Assembly: GCA_965205015.1 (NCBI GenBank)
Contig: OZ242029.1
Location: forward strand, 1,824,001-1,888,000
Reading direction: 5' to 3'
DNA from: Candidatus Poribacteria bacterium
GTDB taxonomy: Bacteria; Poribacteria; WGA-4E; WGA-3G
Length of the DNA stretch: 64,000 nucleotides
In this document: positions 9,450-19,362 of the stretch, piece after piece
Position numbering within the stretch: the first letter of the stretch is position 1
Layout of the letters: every line of letters begins with the position of its first letter
Notes under the pieces: generated by a model
What the model was told of the DNA's origin: nothing
The model's input: only the letters and a program-made list of their open reading frames with translations
Databases searched by the model: none
Program-made: the position numbers and the translations under genes

Positions 9450-11969
9450 TTACATACCGAACCAATATCGGCATTTCACCAGAAAGATATTTTCCCCTTC
9501 ATCGGTGAAACTGCTTCCCAAACTCTGGAATGGACGGAACGCAAAGTCAGCTTCCCCGACGGATACCAAGTCAGCTTCTCGTGATTGCGTCCAAACCAAA
9601 AACAGTGTGCTTCCAGGTTGGAACTCCCAGCGGAGCACGGTGTTGCCTCGCAAAGATCGCCAATGGAAGTCTCGATTTCTCTTCAGGGGATACGGTTTGA
9701 ACTGATAGGTCTTCGGTGCCATGAGCTCCTTGAAGTTGGTATATTCACCGACCGTCAAGAAGGGTTGCAGGTAGAGCTGCAGACTCAGTGTCGGTGTAAA
9801 ACTGATGTCGGCGCGCGTGGTAAGGTCAAGCGTTTGACTTTTTAACTCGCCATAGACATAGTGTTTTTTGATCTGTCCATTGACATTCTCTTCGACCAGA
9901 TCTACCCATTGGGCATCCCTTACACCGTAGTTATAACTCGGACCTATCGTAAACTCAATATTGGGTGCGAGGCGAATGCGGATACGGAGGTCCACCTCGG
10001 AGCCATAACTCTGTCTATTGTTCTCCCAATAATAGATAGGCGTTCTCCACCAACGCGGATTCAACTGCAGCTGAATCCTTTTACGGCTATCGGTTGAGAG
10101 CGATGTGAACATCCACCAGACGGCTGGTCTCTTAAGCAGGATGCCGCCGCGTCGAAGATCGCGATCGCTAAACGATTCAAGATTGCGTCCGGCTCCCAAC
10201 GTATATGTCCAATAATTCTTGAATTGCGCCTCTACTGCTATATCGTGGTAACGACTCAGACTGTCACCCTCGTAGGTCCAGATGCGATCACCAGAGGCGT
10301 AAAGAGAAACGCGTCTGAAGATGCTAAAAGGTCTCTCCTTGTTTGCCGAGAGGTAATAGGTCCAATCCAGCCTACCAGTGTTCCAAATGATACCGAGGTC
10401 GTTGATATCGAAATCAGGTGATATCGCTTCCAGATATGTTTCGCCTCTCAGCCATCCGCCTCGTTTATCGATCTCAAGGAGCGCGATATATCCCGACTTG
10501 CGTGCATCCGGTTTCCCCGCTTGGCTTCCCGCAAGGGTCCCCGTTATCTGGTACATATCATTGGCAAATCTCAAATCCCAATCGAGACCACCGACATACC
10601 CTGTGTGAGAATCCCATCGATTCACAGCGGTTGTTATCAGCCCAAGGGTCGAGGTCCCTTTTAGGACGCTTTGCTTAAGTCGACCGACAAAGTAATTCGT
10701 TAGGGGTTCAACGAGGTGATCGCTTTGGACTTTCTTGCCATTGATCGTCCGTTCAATCTGTGCGTGCTCTGGCGCAGTGATGGCTTCCATGATGCCGAAA
10801 GAGGTTCCGCCTTCCGTTCTGCCCACAATCTTAGCGGCACCGAGAATCGTTGTCGCTTCCGGGCGACTCAGTTCGGTAGCATCGTGGGGGACCTGAAAAT
10901 GCCCGGGTCTGCGCCCAATCCGACGCGAGTAAAAGAAAAGATAATCCGCGTGGTCAAAGGCAGTTGAATCTTTAACAAAGAAGGGACGACGTTCCGAAAA
11001 ATATTCCTCATAAGCGGAAAGATTTAACGTCGCGGGATCGGCTTCCACCTGTCCAAAATCGGGGTTAACTGTTGCGTCAAGTGTAATTCCGGAGGTAATC
11101 CCCAGTCGCACATCAGTGCCGATATTGCCCCATAAGTCGGGGTCATCGTCGAACCGCGTGCGTCCCATAACATACGGCACAATCTCAAGATGACGGGGTG
11201 GATTGATGTTTTTGATACCGGTGAGATCCCCAAAGCGGGACACCCAACTCGGCGCATCGAGCTTGACCAACCGCCAGTGATCCATCTCTTTTTTACGACT
11301 GATGTATCGCTCGACCTGCAATCCCCACGTGTATTCATCTTTTGGGGAGAAACGCAATATATAAAACGGGATTTTATACTCGGCTGCCCACCCATTGTCG
11401 TGAATCTGAGGTTTCACATCCCACACACCGTCCCACGTATCGTCAAACGGAGGGTTATATTCATCCGTAACAGTACCGTCCGTGACAGACCCAGAGGAGT
11501 AAACGGTAAACCAAAACCCACGTACTCGGTTCTGATGTGGAGCAAGGCTGATGGTAACTCTATCCGATTCGATATCAGTGTCTCGCCTGACCAGTCGAGA
11601 GACAATTTTATCGGGTTCACTGTCATAACACATCACCCCAAAATAGAGTGCCTCATCATCGTAAGCGATTTGGAACGTAATGCGTTCGGTTGCCGGTTTC
11701 GCTTCATCGGGTTCGCGTTGACGAAAGCCTTCGTGGAGGGGGGCATTTTTCCATATCTCATCATCTAAAACGCCGTCCACTTGCGGTGGTGTACCGGTGA
11801 TGCGTATAGCGATTGCGGTTCGGTGCGCGGCTGCGTTTGCGTCTTCAGCGAATACATTGCCTGTGGCTTGAAAGATTAGAACAATTGCAAGGAACACCCA
11901 AAAACTCCGAAAGCCCACGTTACTTTTTTCAGGTAACTTCCTCTCTTTTTTCAGATTCTCCAGATACAT
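9450..11969 (-). CDS. CBM9-like N-terminal domain plus DUF5916 outer-membrane protein
   Basis: PQVDGVLDDEIW; DATVNPDFGQVEAD; ERRPFF; FYSRRIG; LRWEFQPGSTLFLVW. Probable start ATG 11969 with RBS AAGGAG. Confidence 0.85.
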   Translation of the reverse strand: MYLENLKKERKLPEKSNVGFRSFWVFLAIVLIFQATGNVFAEDANAAAHRTAIAIRITGTPPQVDGVLDDEIWKNAPLHEGFRQREPDEAKPATERITFQIAYDDEALYFGVMCYDSEPDKIVSRLVRRDTDIESDRVTISLAPHQNRVRGFWFTVYSSGSVTDGTVTDEYNPPFDDTWDGVWDVKPQIHDNGWAAEYKIPFYILRFSPKDEYTWGLQVERYISRKKEMDHWRLVKLDAPSWVSRFGDLTGIKNINPPRHLEIVPYVMGRTRFDDDPDLWGNIGTDVRLGITSGITLDATVNPDFGQVEADPATLNLSAYEEYFSERRPFFVKDSTAFDHADYLFFYSRRIGRRPGHFQVPHDATELSRPEATTILGAAKIVGRTEGGTSFGIMEAITAPEHAQIERTINGKKVQSDHLVEPLTNYFVGRLKQSVLKGTSTLGLITTAVNRWDSHTGYVGGLDWDLRFANDMYQITGTLAGSQAGKPDARKSGYIALLEIDKRGGWLRGETYLEAISPDFDINDLGIIWNTGRLDWTYYLSANKERPFSIFRRVSLYASGDRIWTYEGDSLSRYHDIAVEAQFKNYWTYTLGAGRNLESFSDRDLRRGGILLKRPAVWWMFTSLSTDSRKRIQLQLNPRWWRTPIYYWENNRQSYGSEVDLRIRIRLAPNIEFTIGPSYNYGVRDAQWVDLVEENVNGQIKKHYVYGELKSQTLDLTTRADISFTPTLSLQLYLQPFLTVGEYTNFKELMAPKTYQFKPYPLKRNRDFHWRSLRGNTVLRWEFQPGSTLFLVWTQSREADLVSVGEADFAFRPFQSLGSSFTDEGENIFLVKCRYWFGM

Positions 11970-12014
11970 GGTAGAACTCCTTTTTATGAGAAAAATCGGA
12001 TGTTCCTGTTTATT

Positions 12015-12033
12015 GAAAATGAGATTCATTATC
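12015..12033. promoter_or_regulatory. Fur-type box
   Basis: GAAAATGAGATTCATTATC, about 46 bp upstream of the DUF5916 start. Confidence 0.75.
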
Positions 12034-12271
12034 AATAATAGTGATCGGTAGACGCACTTATTTTAAACCACATCGCCGTCTAAGGTGTTAGGGAACCTCG
12101 TTGCAGTTCCTCCAACTCGGTAAGGACTCCTTTCCAGTAAAGGCAGTGTAAACTTTTTGCTCTGATAGTTTTTCTGTTTTGGAAAAACATAGAACGGGTT
12201 TTATAGAGGTTTATCGATTTTTGCTACCAATAAACCCCTATAGAAATTCACTATTTTTCTAAGCGATTGGT

Positions 12272-12892
12272 TCAATCGACCCATCGGAGGACATCATGCA
12301 AAGGTTGCCGCTTCGGTGTCGGAATTTCCTCTGGATAGCCCATGTAGTAGAAGCCTATGATATACTCATTTTCTGAATCAATACCGAGGAGATCGTAAGT
12401 TCCTTGTTCTAACGTAATCCCACCAGTGCTCCACTGCATACCGATGCCCTGTTCCCAACCAGCGAGTTGAATGTTGAGCATGGAACAACAGACGGACGCA
12501 TAGTCTTCTCGCTGACGTTGGTCATCTCCTTCTTGAATGCAGGAGATCGAGACGATTGTCGGTTTGGACATGAACTTCTGGAATCCACGTTCTCCGATTT
12601 CAGCGAGCGTTTCTTCTGTCGCTGCCTTAGCCGCCTCCGGATTGGATGTCACTTTCTCAATCTGAATTTCGGCGTATCGTTCGGCGAGTTTCAGCTTCAC
12701 TTCTTCGCCAATGACGGTAAACCGCCACGGTTCAGTCAGATGGTGGTTTGGTGCCCAGATGCCAGCATAAAGAATATCTTCAAGGACATGTTTCGGGACT
12801 GGGTCTGGCTTAAACTTGAAAATCGTCCGCCGCGACTCAATCACTTCCATAACAGACATCTTTCCGTTGGTGCTGGTGTTAATCTGTGTCAT
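12272..12892 (-). CDS. Nitroreductase family protein (YdjA/YfhC-like)
   Basis: IESRRTIFKF; WAPNHHLTEPWRF; GIGMQWST; GYP. Start ATG 12892 with RBS AAGGAG. Confidence 0.88.
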   Translation of the reverse strand: MTQINTSTNGKMSVMEVIESRRTIFKFKPDPVPKHVLEDILYAGIWAPNHHLTEPWRFTVIGEEVKLKLAERYAEIQIEKVTSNPEAAKAATEETLAEIGERGFQKFMSKPTIVSISCIQEGDDQRQREDYASVCCSMLNIQLAGWEQGIGMQWSTGGITLEQGTYDLLGIDSENEYIIGFYYMGYPEEIPTPKRQPLHDVLRWVD

Positions 12893-13042
12893 TATTTGCT
12901 CCTTAATAATTGAAAAATAAAGATTAACGAGTCTTCTCTGTCTAAAACAACAAAGAAATTCTCTAAGCCTCATTCTTGGGTAAACATAGATGTTAATTGA
13001 ATCGAACATCTGTGGTTATGGTCATCAGACCGACTATGAGAT

Positions 13043-13870
13043 TTATAATGAATTGTTCTCTGAATTCCGTTTTACAGCAACTAACATAATAGCGGCGAGA
13101 TTCTCTGCATAATCCCGAAACACCTGTCGCATGGTTTTCACTCGGTGCCGGGCTTCGCTGTCACGTAAAACATTCCGCCCGAAACGGAGTGCGCCCCAAA
13201 ACCCCTCATCCTGAATCAAGCGTTTCGGTTCCAGCAGATGCATGGGGGCAGTTGCTTGGGTATGGACGATGAACCCTTCAGCTTCTAACAGTGCCCGCCA
13301 TTCAGGGACGGTGAGCGGACGGGCACCGACATGTATAGCATCTGTGAGTGCTTTCTGAATCTCTTGTTTGGTATCTTCATCCAGATCTTCCGGAACAAGA
13401 CAGAGTTCATGAATCCCATAACGGCCTGTAGGTTTCATCAACCGAAATGCCTCTTGTACAATCTGCTGCTTTTTACCTGGGGTCTGCATCGTCAACATGG
13501 CTTCGCCGTAGACAACGGTTGCTGTTGTGTCTGGAAGTCCTGTCGCTTCTGCCCGTCCGATCAAACACGTTTGATGACTTCCCGTCAAGTACCGACGCAC
13601 TGCGTTGGCAGCGGCTTCGTCACGTTCAACAGCAGTATAAGAGGCAGGTTTCTGGTTCAATGTGAGTTGTGTCGTAAACCCCAAGCCCGGTGCGAACTCC
13701 ACCACATCATCTGAAGATTTAATACACAATCCATTCAACATCTGCCGGGTTAGTTCTCGTCCACCAGGTCGCAGAACACGCTTTCCGAGTCGAGCCAAAA
13801 GCCAGTGTCCGGGCATTTTGATGGTGTCAAGTTTCTCACCGAGGGTTCCTTCTTGGTTGTTGGTATCCAT
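13043..13870 (-). CDS. Class I SAM-dependent methyltransferase
   Basis: GHWLLARLGKRVLRPGG; VVEFAPGLG (motif I); GEAMLTMQ. Confidence 0.88.
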   Translation of the reverse strand: MDTNNQEGTLGEKLDTIKMPGHWLLARLGKRVLRPGGRELTRQMLNGLCIKSSDDVVEFAPGLGFTTQLTLNQKPASYTAVERDEAAANAVRRYLTGSHQTCLIGRAEATGLPDTTATVVYGEAMLTMQTPGKKQQIVQEAFRLMKPTGRYGIHELCLVPEDLDEDTKQEIQKALTDAIHVGARPLTVPEWRALLEAEGFIVHTQATAPMHLLEPKRLIQDEGFWGALRFGRNVLRDSEARHRVKTMRQVFRDYAENLAAIMLVAVKRNSENNSL

Positions 13871-13932
13871 TGTTTCCCCTTTTGCCCTTGGGATTAATGT
13901 TTTGACCAGGTAATAAGCTGTTTAATTTTATT

Positions 13933-13951
13933 GAAAGTGAATCTCATTATC
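13933..13951. promoter_or_regulatory. Fur-type box
   Basis: GAAAGTGAATCTCATTATC upstream of the methyltransferase. Confidence 0.65.
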
Positions 13952-14035
13952 ACATACGGCTTACCATCTTTTGTAGGAATTTCGATCTTGCGCTGGAGCG
14001 GACGCTTGAAAGAAATCACCTAACTTCAATAAAAT

Positions 14036-14054
14036 GATAATGAGACTCATTTTC
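14036..14054. promoter_or_regulatory. Fur-type box
   Basis: GATAATGAGACTCATTTTC. Confidence 0.8.
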
Positions 14055-14128
14055 ATCTTCGTGCCTGCGTTGCTCGCGAGGGTCCGAAAACTCGCGGGAA
14101 TTGCAGATAACCGCACGAATCGGATATA

Positions 14129-14157
14129 AGTATACACACAATTTCTGTAAATGTCAA
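14129..14157 (-). promoter_or_regulatory. sigma70 promoter for the methyltransferase/nitroreductase unit
   Basis: TTGACA (14157-14152)-N17-TATACT (14134-14129). Confidence 0.7.
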
Positions 14158-14249
14158 AAAAATATTAAAATTTTTTTAGTAAAAGCCCAGAATAGAGGAT
14201 ATTAGCGGTTCAATTACCGCTTTTTTTATTTGAACCATTTTTTACGATC

Positions 14250-14768
14250 TTACTGTTTTTCCCAGATTTGCACGTCATGTCCTGGTACATCAAACGGATA
14301 TTCACCATAAACCAGCGAAAGGGACCCGTCATCAGTGAGTTTCCAAACAATGTGAAGTTGATGTGGTGAAACGCTGGTGTCCACGCGCTCAAGGAACATG
14401 AGTTGCGAGTCGTCGTCGGTTGTTATGTTCCCCTTTGTCCAGAGAATACCTTCACCATCCGTGTAGATTCCTTCGGACAGCAAGACCTTGTGTGGTATCT
14501 CTGGGGGTAAGGTAAAACTTTCGCCTATCGTAAAAGGCGAGTTTGGGTTTGTTTGCACGGCGAGTTTCCAAGTTCCGCGGACAGGCACTTCAACACCATT
14601 TTGATCGACAACCCAAATATGATCGCGTTCTTGTATCGGAATTGAGATGTCTATCTGGGAAGTCCCTGGTTTTACTATTTGCTGAGCCCGATCGCATGAG
14701 AAAAGTCCTGTAACTAAAGTAATAATAGCCAGTATAGATGCGAATTTTGTGATTTTTTTTATGTTCAT
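14250..14768 (-). CDS. Hypothetical lipoprotein
   Basis: MNIKK...GLFSC lipobox; RBS AAGGA; start 14768 preferred over 14855. Confidence 0.65.
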   Translation of the reverse strand: MNIKKITKFASILAIITLVTGLFSCDRAQQIVKPGTSQIDISIPIQERDHIWVVDQNGVEVPVRGTWKLAVQTNPNSPFTIGESFTLPPEIPHKVLLSEGIYTDGEGILWTKGNITTDDDSQLMFLERVDTSVSPHQLHIVWKLTDDGSLSLVYGEYPFDVPGHDVQIWEKQ

Positions 14769-14867
14769 GTTGAATTCCTTTGTTCTTTGAATGAAAAAGT
14801 TATGTTGTGCACATTTTCTTTCGAAACCATAGGCTTCTTTATATTGTATCCACAATTTTCCTAAATT

Positions 14868-15524
14868 TCAAAAAAAATTGTAAAAATCATAGAACGTCTC
14901 AATCGGACATTCAGGTCTCAGCACTTGGTACGGAAAGCATTGAAGGCAACCGTCAACCGTTTTTTGCTTGCTAAGACACTCCAAGAACTGTGAGGCAGTG
15001 GGTTGTCGAACGGATCCCTTGCGGGCAACAAATTGTCCCCACAATGCCCAAAATTCGGTTTCATAACCTACGGGTTTCGTCGTCTTAACATAGTCTGGTG
15101 GAAAGAGTCTAAGGTAGGCAGGTATATTGTAAAGCCAAGATCCACCGCGCACCGTTTCCACGTCAGGATGATTTGCTTGGATGTGTCGAAACATCGCTGA
15201 CAACTCCGACTTTCGGACGGGCATTCTTTCTTTGCTTAAGGTGCCGTGTTCAGAGGTTTCACGGTTTTCAAAATGGAGCCGAAGTTTTTTCGTATTGCGC
15301 CACGGGTAGACGTAGGAGAAACACCCGAAAAATTGCCGATCATCAGGAGTATCTGACTTCACTGTCATCCGTTGGAGATAGAAATTGTATGTCCAATCTT
15401 CAGGATTATCAGACGTGCAAAGACCTTCGATGAACGCATCCCACAGTGGGTTGGGAAGATCGTGAGAAACTCGCAGGTTGAACAGAGTTCGCAAAATTGT
15501 GTAGTCTATCAACACATCTTCCAA
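14868..15524 (-). CDS. Hypothetical protein
   Basis: 218-aa ORF with globular composition, TTG start, collinear with neighbours. Confidence 0.6.
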   Translation of the reverse strand: MEDVLIDYTILRTLFNLRVSHDLPNPLWDAFIEGLCTSDNPEDWTYNFYLQRMTVKSDTPDDRQFFGCFSYVYPWRNTKKLRLHFENRETSEHGTLSKERMPVRKSELSAMFRHIQANHPDVETVRGGSWLYNIPAYLRLFPPDYVKTTKPVGYETEFWALWGQFVARKGSVRQPTASQFLECLSKQKTVDGCLQCFPYQVLRPECPIETFYDFYNFF

Positions 15525-15643
15525 AGCCCGATCGGAGACATCGGCGATTTTTTGGGCGAATCTAATTTGTAATATCAGAAAGTCCTTAGCATATTGTATC
15601 AGGGTTCTACCTCGTTTATTAGCGTTTCAACCGGAATGATGCA

Positions 15644-16648
15644 CTAAGCAACAAGGACCTGGATCGGATATTCAAGGAGATAGGACAGAGAATACTCGTC
15701 GGATGGTGGCTGGTACTCACCATCGTATTCGGGAGCTGTCCAGAAAGCACGCCAATTTGTGGCTCGATCCTGACCAATGTAAAGCGTTTTTCCAATGACT
15801 GCCCATGCTGTGCCATCGGGTGTAAACGCAATACAGCCCGTGCTAATCCGATCAGTGGGTTCCGTGAGCTGATCGTTGAGGTGCGTCCATGTCGCACCGC
15901 CGTTCTCCGAACGACAGAGCCACGCTCCACCGCCTCTCGGTCCGCTTTGGACTGTGGCGATCAATAGGTCTGGGTCTACTGGATGTACAGCGATAGCAGT
16001 GCCGTAGCGACGCGGTAAACCTTGAGGTCGATGGTCCCATGAGTTGCCACGATCTGGACTGACATAGACACCGTTTTGCGTGTTCGCATAAACCCGATTA
16101 TCGTCCGCAGGACACGTAGCGACTTGGTGGACATCTTTATGAAGTTCTGGTGTGACGGGTTCCCAAGAGATTCCTTCATCGTTGGAACGCATGATACTTC
16201 CGACGTGGATATCTGCGTAACAAAAGCCGTCTTGGGTTTTGGCAAAAGTTCGCACGGCTGGGGGACCGCCCCACGGCGTATACCAATCTTTCCGACATTC
16301 TAATGCATCAAACGCGATGACCCGTTCTGCCGGTCCTTCTTCTCCAATAAGACGATAGACATAAGCCCCTTCATCCGTTCCAATGAGCAGGGTCAACGGA
16401 TCCTCACGAACAACGAGCAACGCAGCGATTGGATCCTCTATACCTGTTGGAATTCGTTTCTCATCGTTCTCCGATAAAACCAGTAGCGTTCCATCCGACA
16501 AGGCAGACACCACGGTGTTGCTGCTTGACAGTGAAACCATCGCACCATGAGGTGCCATTCCGCCGAGCGTGCCTTCATAGACTACGGTGGGTTCACCATT
16601 TCCGTTATCTTCAACGGCATAGATAGCGTTGTAGGTTGCGATAAACAT
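15644..16648 (-). CDS. BNR/Asp-box beta-propeller protein (YCF48/sialidase-like)
   Basis: Asp-box repeats RSNDEGISW, VSPDRGNSW, RSENGGATW; WYTPWGGPP; RBS AAGGAG. Confidence 0.8.
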   Translation of the reverse strand: MFIATYNAIYAVEDNGNGEPTVVYEGTLGGMAPHGAMVSLSSSNTVVSALSDGTLLVLSENDEKRIPTGIEDPIAALLVVREDPLTLLIGTDEGAYVYRLIGEEGPAERVIAFDALECRKDWYTPWGGPPAVRTFAKTQDGFCYADIHVGSIMRSNDEGISWEPVTPELHKDVHQVATCPADDNRVYANTQNGVYVSPDRGNSWDHRPQGLPRRYGTAIAVHPVDPDLLIATVQSGPRGGGAWLCRSENGGATWTHLNDQLTEPTDRISTGCIAFTPDGTAWAVIGKTLYIGQDRATNWRAFWTAPEYDGEYQPPSDEYSLSYLLEYPIQVLVA

Positions 16649-16720
16649 TATGTTATCTCCTTTGGGATGTTCTCCGACATTATTTGTAGTAGATATAAAA
16701 TGTGTCCAAAACTTCTTGAA

Positions 16721-17287
16721 TTAAGGGGCATCTTGTGAGAATAGCGAAAAAACGATGGTATCCGAAACACCTTCTTTGGTTGAGGAACTATTTTTTACTC
16801 TTTTCTTCTCAGAAGGGTTGAGCTTTTCAGCGACTCGTGCACTTGCAATATTATCAATTGAAGTCACCACATCAATACGTTTGAGTCGAAGGTGCTCGAA
16901 TCCAAAGCGGACGAGAAGTTTAGAGGCAGCCGTTGCTACACCTTTCCGTGTTCGAGAGGTTCTCACCCAATATCCGAGGTTTGCTATTTGGTTCCCCCAA
17001 TTGACTTGGTCCAAACCACATCCGCCCAAAATGCTACCGGTTGCTATCTCGGTAATGACAAAGTGATATTCGCTCTGTTGTTCCCAGAATCTCGGAATCA
17101 TCTTTTCAATCCATGTCCGAGCTTCTTCAATTGAGTACTCTGGATGAAGCCATGGTAGATGACGCGATACCTCTGCAATTGACTCTCGCGCAGCCTCAAA
17201 ATAAGGGTGAACGTCACTCGGTTGATAAGTGCGAATCGCGATTGTTCCATCGCTAAGTTCTGTCGGAGTCTGCATAGGGGTTGTCAT
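16721..17287 (-). CDS. GNAT N-acetyltransferase, RimJ/RimL family
   Basis: ANLGYWVRTSRTRKGVAT; NIASARVAEKL. Confidence 0.88.
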   Translation of the reverse strand: MTTPMQTPTELSDGTIAIRTYQPSDVHPYFEAARESIAEVSRHLPWLHPEYSIEEARTWIEKMIPRFWEQQSEYHFVITEIATGSILGGCGLDQVNWGNQIANLGYWVRTSRTRKGVATAASKLLVRFGFEHLRLKRIDVVTSIDNIASARVAEKLNPSEKKRVKNSSSTKEGVSDTIVFSLFSQDAP

Positions 17288-17375
17288 CAGTATAACCTTT
17301 TCGTTGGCAAAAGTAGGTTAGATGAAAGTTTGATTTTCAAATCAGATATGATCTAACAAACAAGGGATTCCCTTT

Positions 17376-18050
17376 TTAGGCGTGTAGCATTTTTATAAAT
17401 GTATCCTGACACGAAAAATCTTCAACCCAGAATTCACATTTCCCCTTTAACCGTGCCCCTACGCCTATGAAATGCCATCCCAGTTCTTGGGTCGCCTGCA
17501 TATCCCATTCGGCATCACCGACATATACGATGCGGTGAAAGCAACGCTTTTTTAATGCGAGCAAACATTTTTTCATAATCGCTACGCGTTCGTCACCATC
17601 ATCACTGGACGTCAAAACCGTATTTCTCAAGTTAAATCCTGCATGCTGAAGTTTCATTTTGGCGGTGTGTTCCCACCCGCCTGTCGCGAATCCAACTTCA
17701 TAGCCATCCGAGGTGAGAAGTTTGTCAATCAGGTGAATAGCACCTTCCTTCGGACGGCATTTGCCACCGTTTTGCAGATACTGCCGAATCAATTCACCGA
17801 ATTTCGTGCGAACTTCCTTAATTTGCTCCTTTTCCTTAATATTGTTCTCTTCCATAATTTGTCGCAAGCTACCGGTGTCGGTTACGTTTTTGTATTTGCT
17901 CCAATCATTATGGATGTAAACTTTACCCAAAACTTCTCTGACTGCGGTGACATAACAGGCATCATCGAAACCGAAACTTTCGACCAAGGTACCGTCGATA
18001 TCAAATATCGTAGCAATCATTTGTTGTTCTCGGTCATTTCTGTTCTGCAT
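17376..18050 (-). CDS. HAD-family hydrolase
   Basis: FDIDGTLV motif I; ATGG; VYVGDAEWD motif IV. Confidence 0.88.
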   Translation of the reverse strand: MQNRNDREQQMIATIFDIDGTLVESFGFDDACYVTAVREVLGKVYIHNDWSKYKNVTDTGSLRQIMEENNIKEKEQIKEVRTKFGELIRQYLQNGGKCRPKEGAIHLIDKLLTSDGYEVGFATGGWEHTAKMKLQHAGFNLRNTVLTSSDDGDERVAIMKKCLLALKKRCFHRIVYVGDAEWDMQATQELGWHFIGVGARLKGKCEFWVEDFSCQDTFIKMLHA

Positions 18051-18339
18051 TTTCGCCTATCGGTAATTCTGGTGACAATCGCGGTGGGAAGGTAAGCGTG
18101 TCAGTTGCAGATAATTGTTGATGGGTTTCTAAAACGTCTTGCAACTGATTATAGAATTGCTCACATTCTTCTTTGGTGCCGAGCATCTCTATGCTGGGCG
18201 AATTTGACAAATTAATATGTAATTCGTAGGAACGATGCCTCCCTTTGATTATCTGAATCTGGTGTACGTACTCAATATTCACCATCCCTCGGTAGGAAGA
18301 GTTATACTTCCCATCCTGATTGATGATCTCAATAAACAT
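18034..18339 (-). CDS. Hypothetical protein (101 aa)
   Basis: RBS AAGGAG before ATG; overlaps the HAD gene start, suggesting translational coupling. Confidence 0.6.
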   Translation of the reverse strand: MFIEIINQDGKYNSSYRGMVNIEYVHQIQIIKGRHRSYELHINLSNSPSIEMLGTKEECEQFYNQLQDVLETHQQLSATDTLTFPPRLSPELPIGENAEQK

Positions 18340-18386
18340 CGTAAATCTCCTTTAGATTTTTTGTGGGGTAAATGGATGATTGTAAA

Positions 18387-19289
18387 TTATTCGTTTGCCT
18401 CAACATCCGTAAGGAGTTCTCGTCCATTCAACGGCTGGACCGGCCGATTATTGTCATGAATAATCGCTTTAAATGCCGCGATTTGCGCTTCAGACATCTC
18501 AATCGGGGTTGTCAGCACGATCCATTTGACGTCTTCCGAACAAGGTGGTGTCGTCAGTGAGCCGTCGTAATGATAGTACCCTGATAAGGGCTGCACACCC
18601 TCGTCGGTCACTTGTCCATCTGGTAACAACATAAGGAAAGGGTTGATGCCGAAATTCTCATCAACCTCAACCCGTTGCGTTTCGCCTCGGATTGCAGGCA
18701 AATGTGCCCAGACAGAGTCAAACGCGAAATTGTGATCACCGCTCTCAATTAACAATCCAACGACTGCCAAGTTGCCCGCTTCACTTTTGTGGACAAAGTG
18801 CATCTCCATATCAAAAGATTTACCTGCCACCGTATGTTCACTCGGGGCATGGAAATGGAATTGGAGTAACTGATACCGCATACCATCGACTTCAATCCAG
18901 TTCCCTTCCGGGGACGCAACTTCGATCGTATGGCCAGTGTTGCGGATGTTTAGGCGTGTTGTCGAATAATACTCGCAGATAATAGGAGGTAGTTTTGCTG
19001 GTGTTGGATTCACAAGATTGATGGGTGATTGATGTTTCCCTGTAGCACAAAGGATATATTCTGGACTGAGCTCCGCCCAAACGTCTGGTCCATTCTCTGA
19101 TTCGTAACCCCATTCCGTTTTCTCGGTGTGGGAGGGGACACTCTGGGTCTTTCCACAACTTGTTATACACATAAAAATACACATAATGCGAATCAATGAC
19201 TTTGTAATAGGATGCAAACCACATCCTAAAATTAGTTTTGCAGACGCCACATAAATTATTGTAAATTCTCTAAGAATTTCTTTTTCCAT
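18387..19289 (-). CDS. cah: Alpha-class carbonic anhydrase (probably exported; start uncertain)
   Basis: QSPIN; QFHFHAPSEH and EMHFVH zinc ligands; GSLTTPPCSE; NNRPVQPLNGR. Confidence 0.92.
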   Translation of the reverse strand: MEKEILREFTIIYVASAKLILGCGLHPITKSLIRIMCIFMCITSCGKTQSVPSHTEKTEWGYESENGPDVWAELSPEYILCATGKHQSPINLVNPTPAKLPPIICEYYSTTRLNIRNTGHTIEVASPEGNWIEVDGMRYQLLQFHFHAPSEHTVAGKSFDMEMHFVHKSEAGNLAVVGLLIESGDHNFAFDSVWAHLPAIRGETQRVEVDENFGINPFLMLLPDGQVTDEGVQPLSGYYHYDGSLTTPPCSEDVKWIVLTTPIEMSEAQIAAFKAIIHDNNRPVQPLNGRELLTDVEANE

Positions 19290-19362
19290 GAAAGATTTCC
19301 TAACGGAAACCGTGAATCGCCTATAACATCACATTGACGCTTTTCTGCCCGCGCTGTTCTCT

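Noticed and set aside
12036-12271. Riboswitch upstream of the DUF5916 gene
   Set aside because: No cobalamin, TPP or SAM consensus could be matched; only a terminator-like inverted repeat near 12200-12245.
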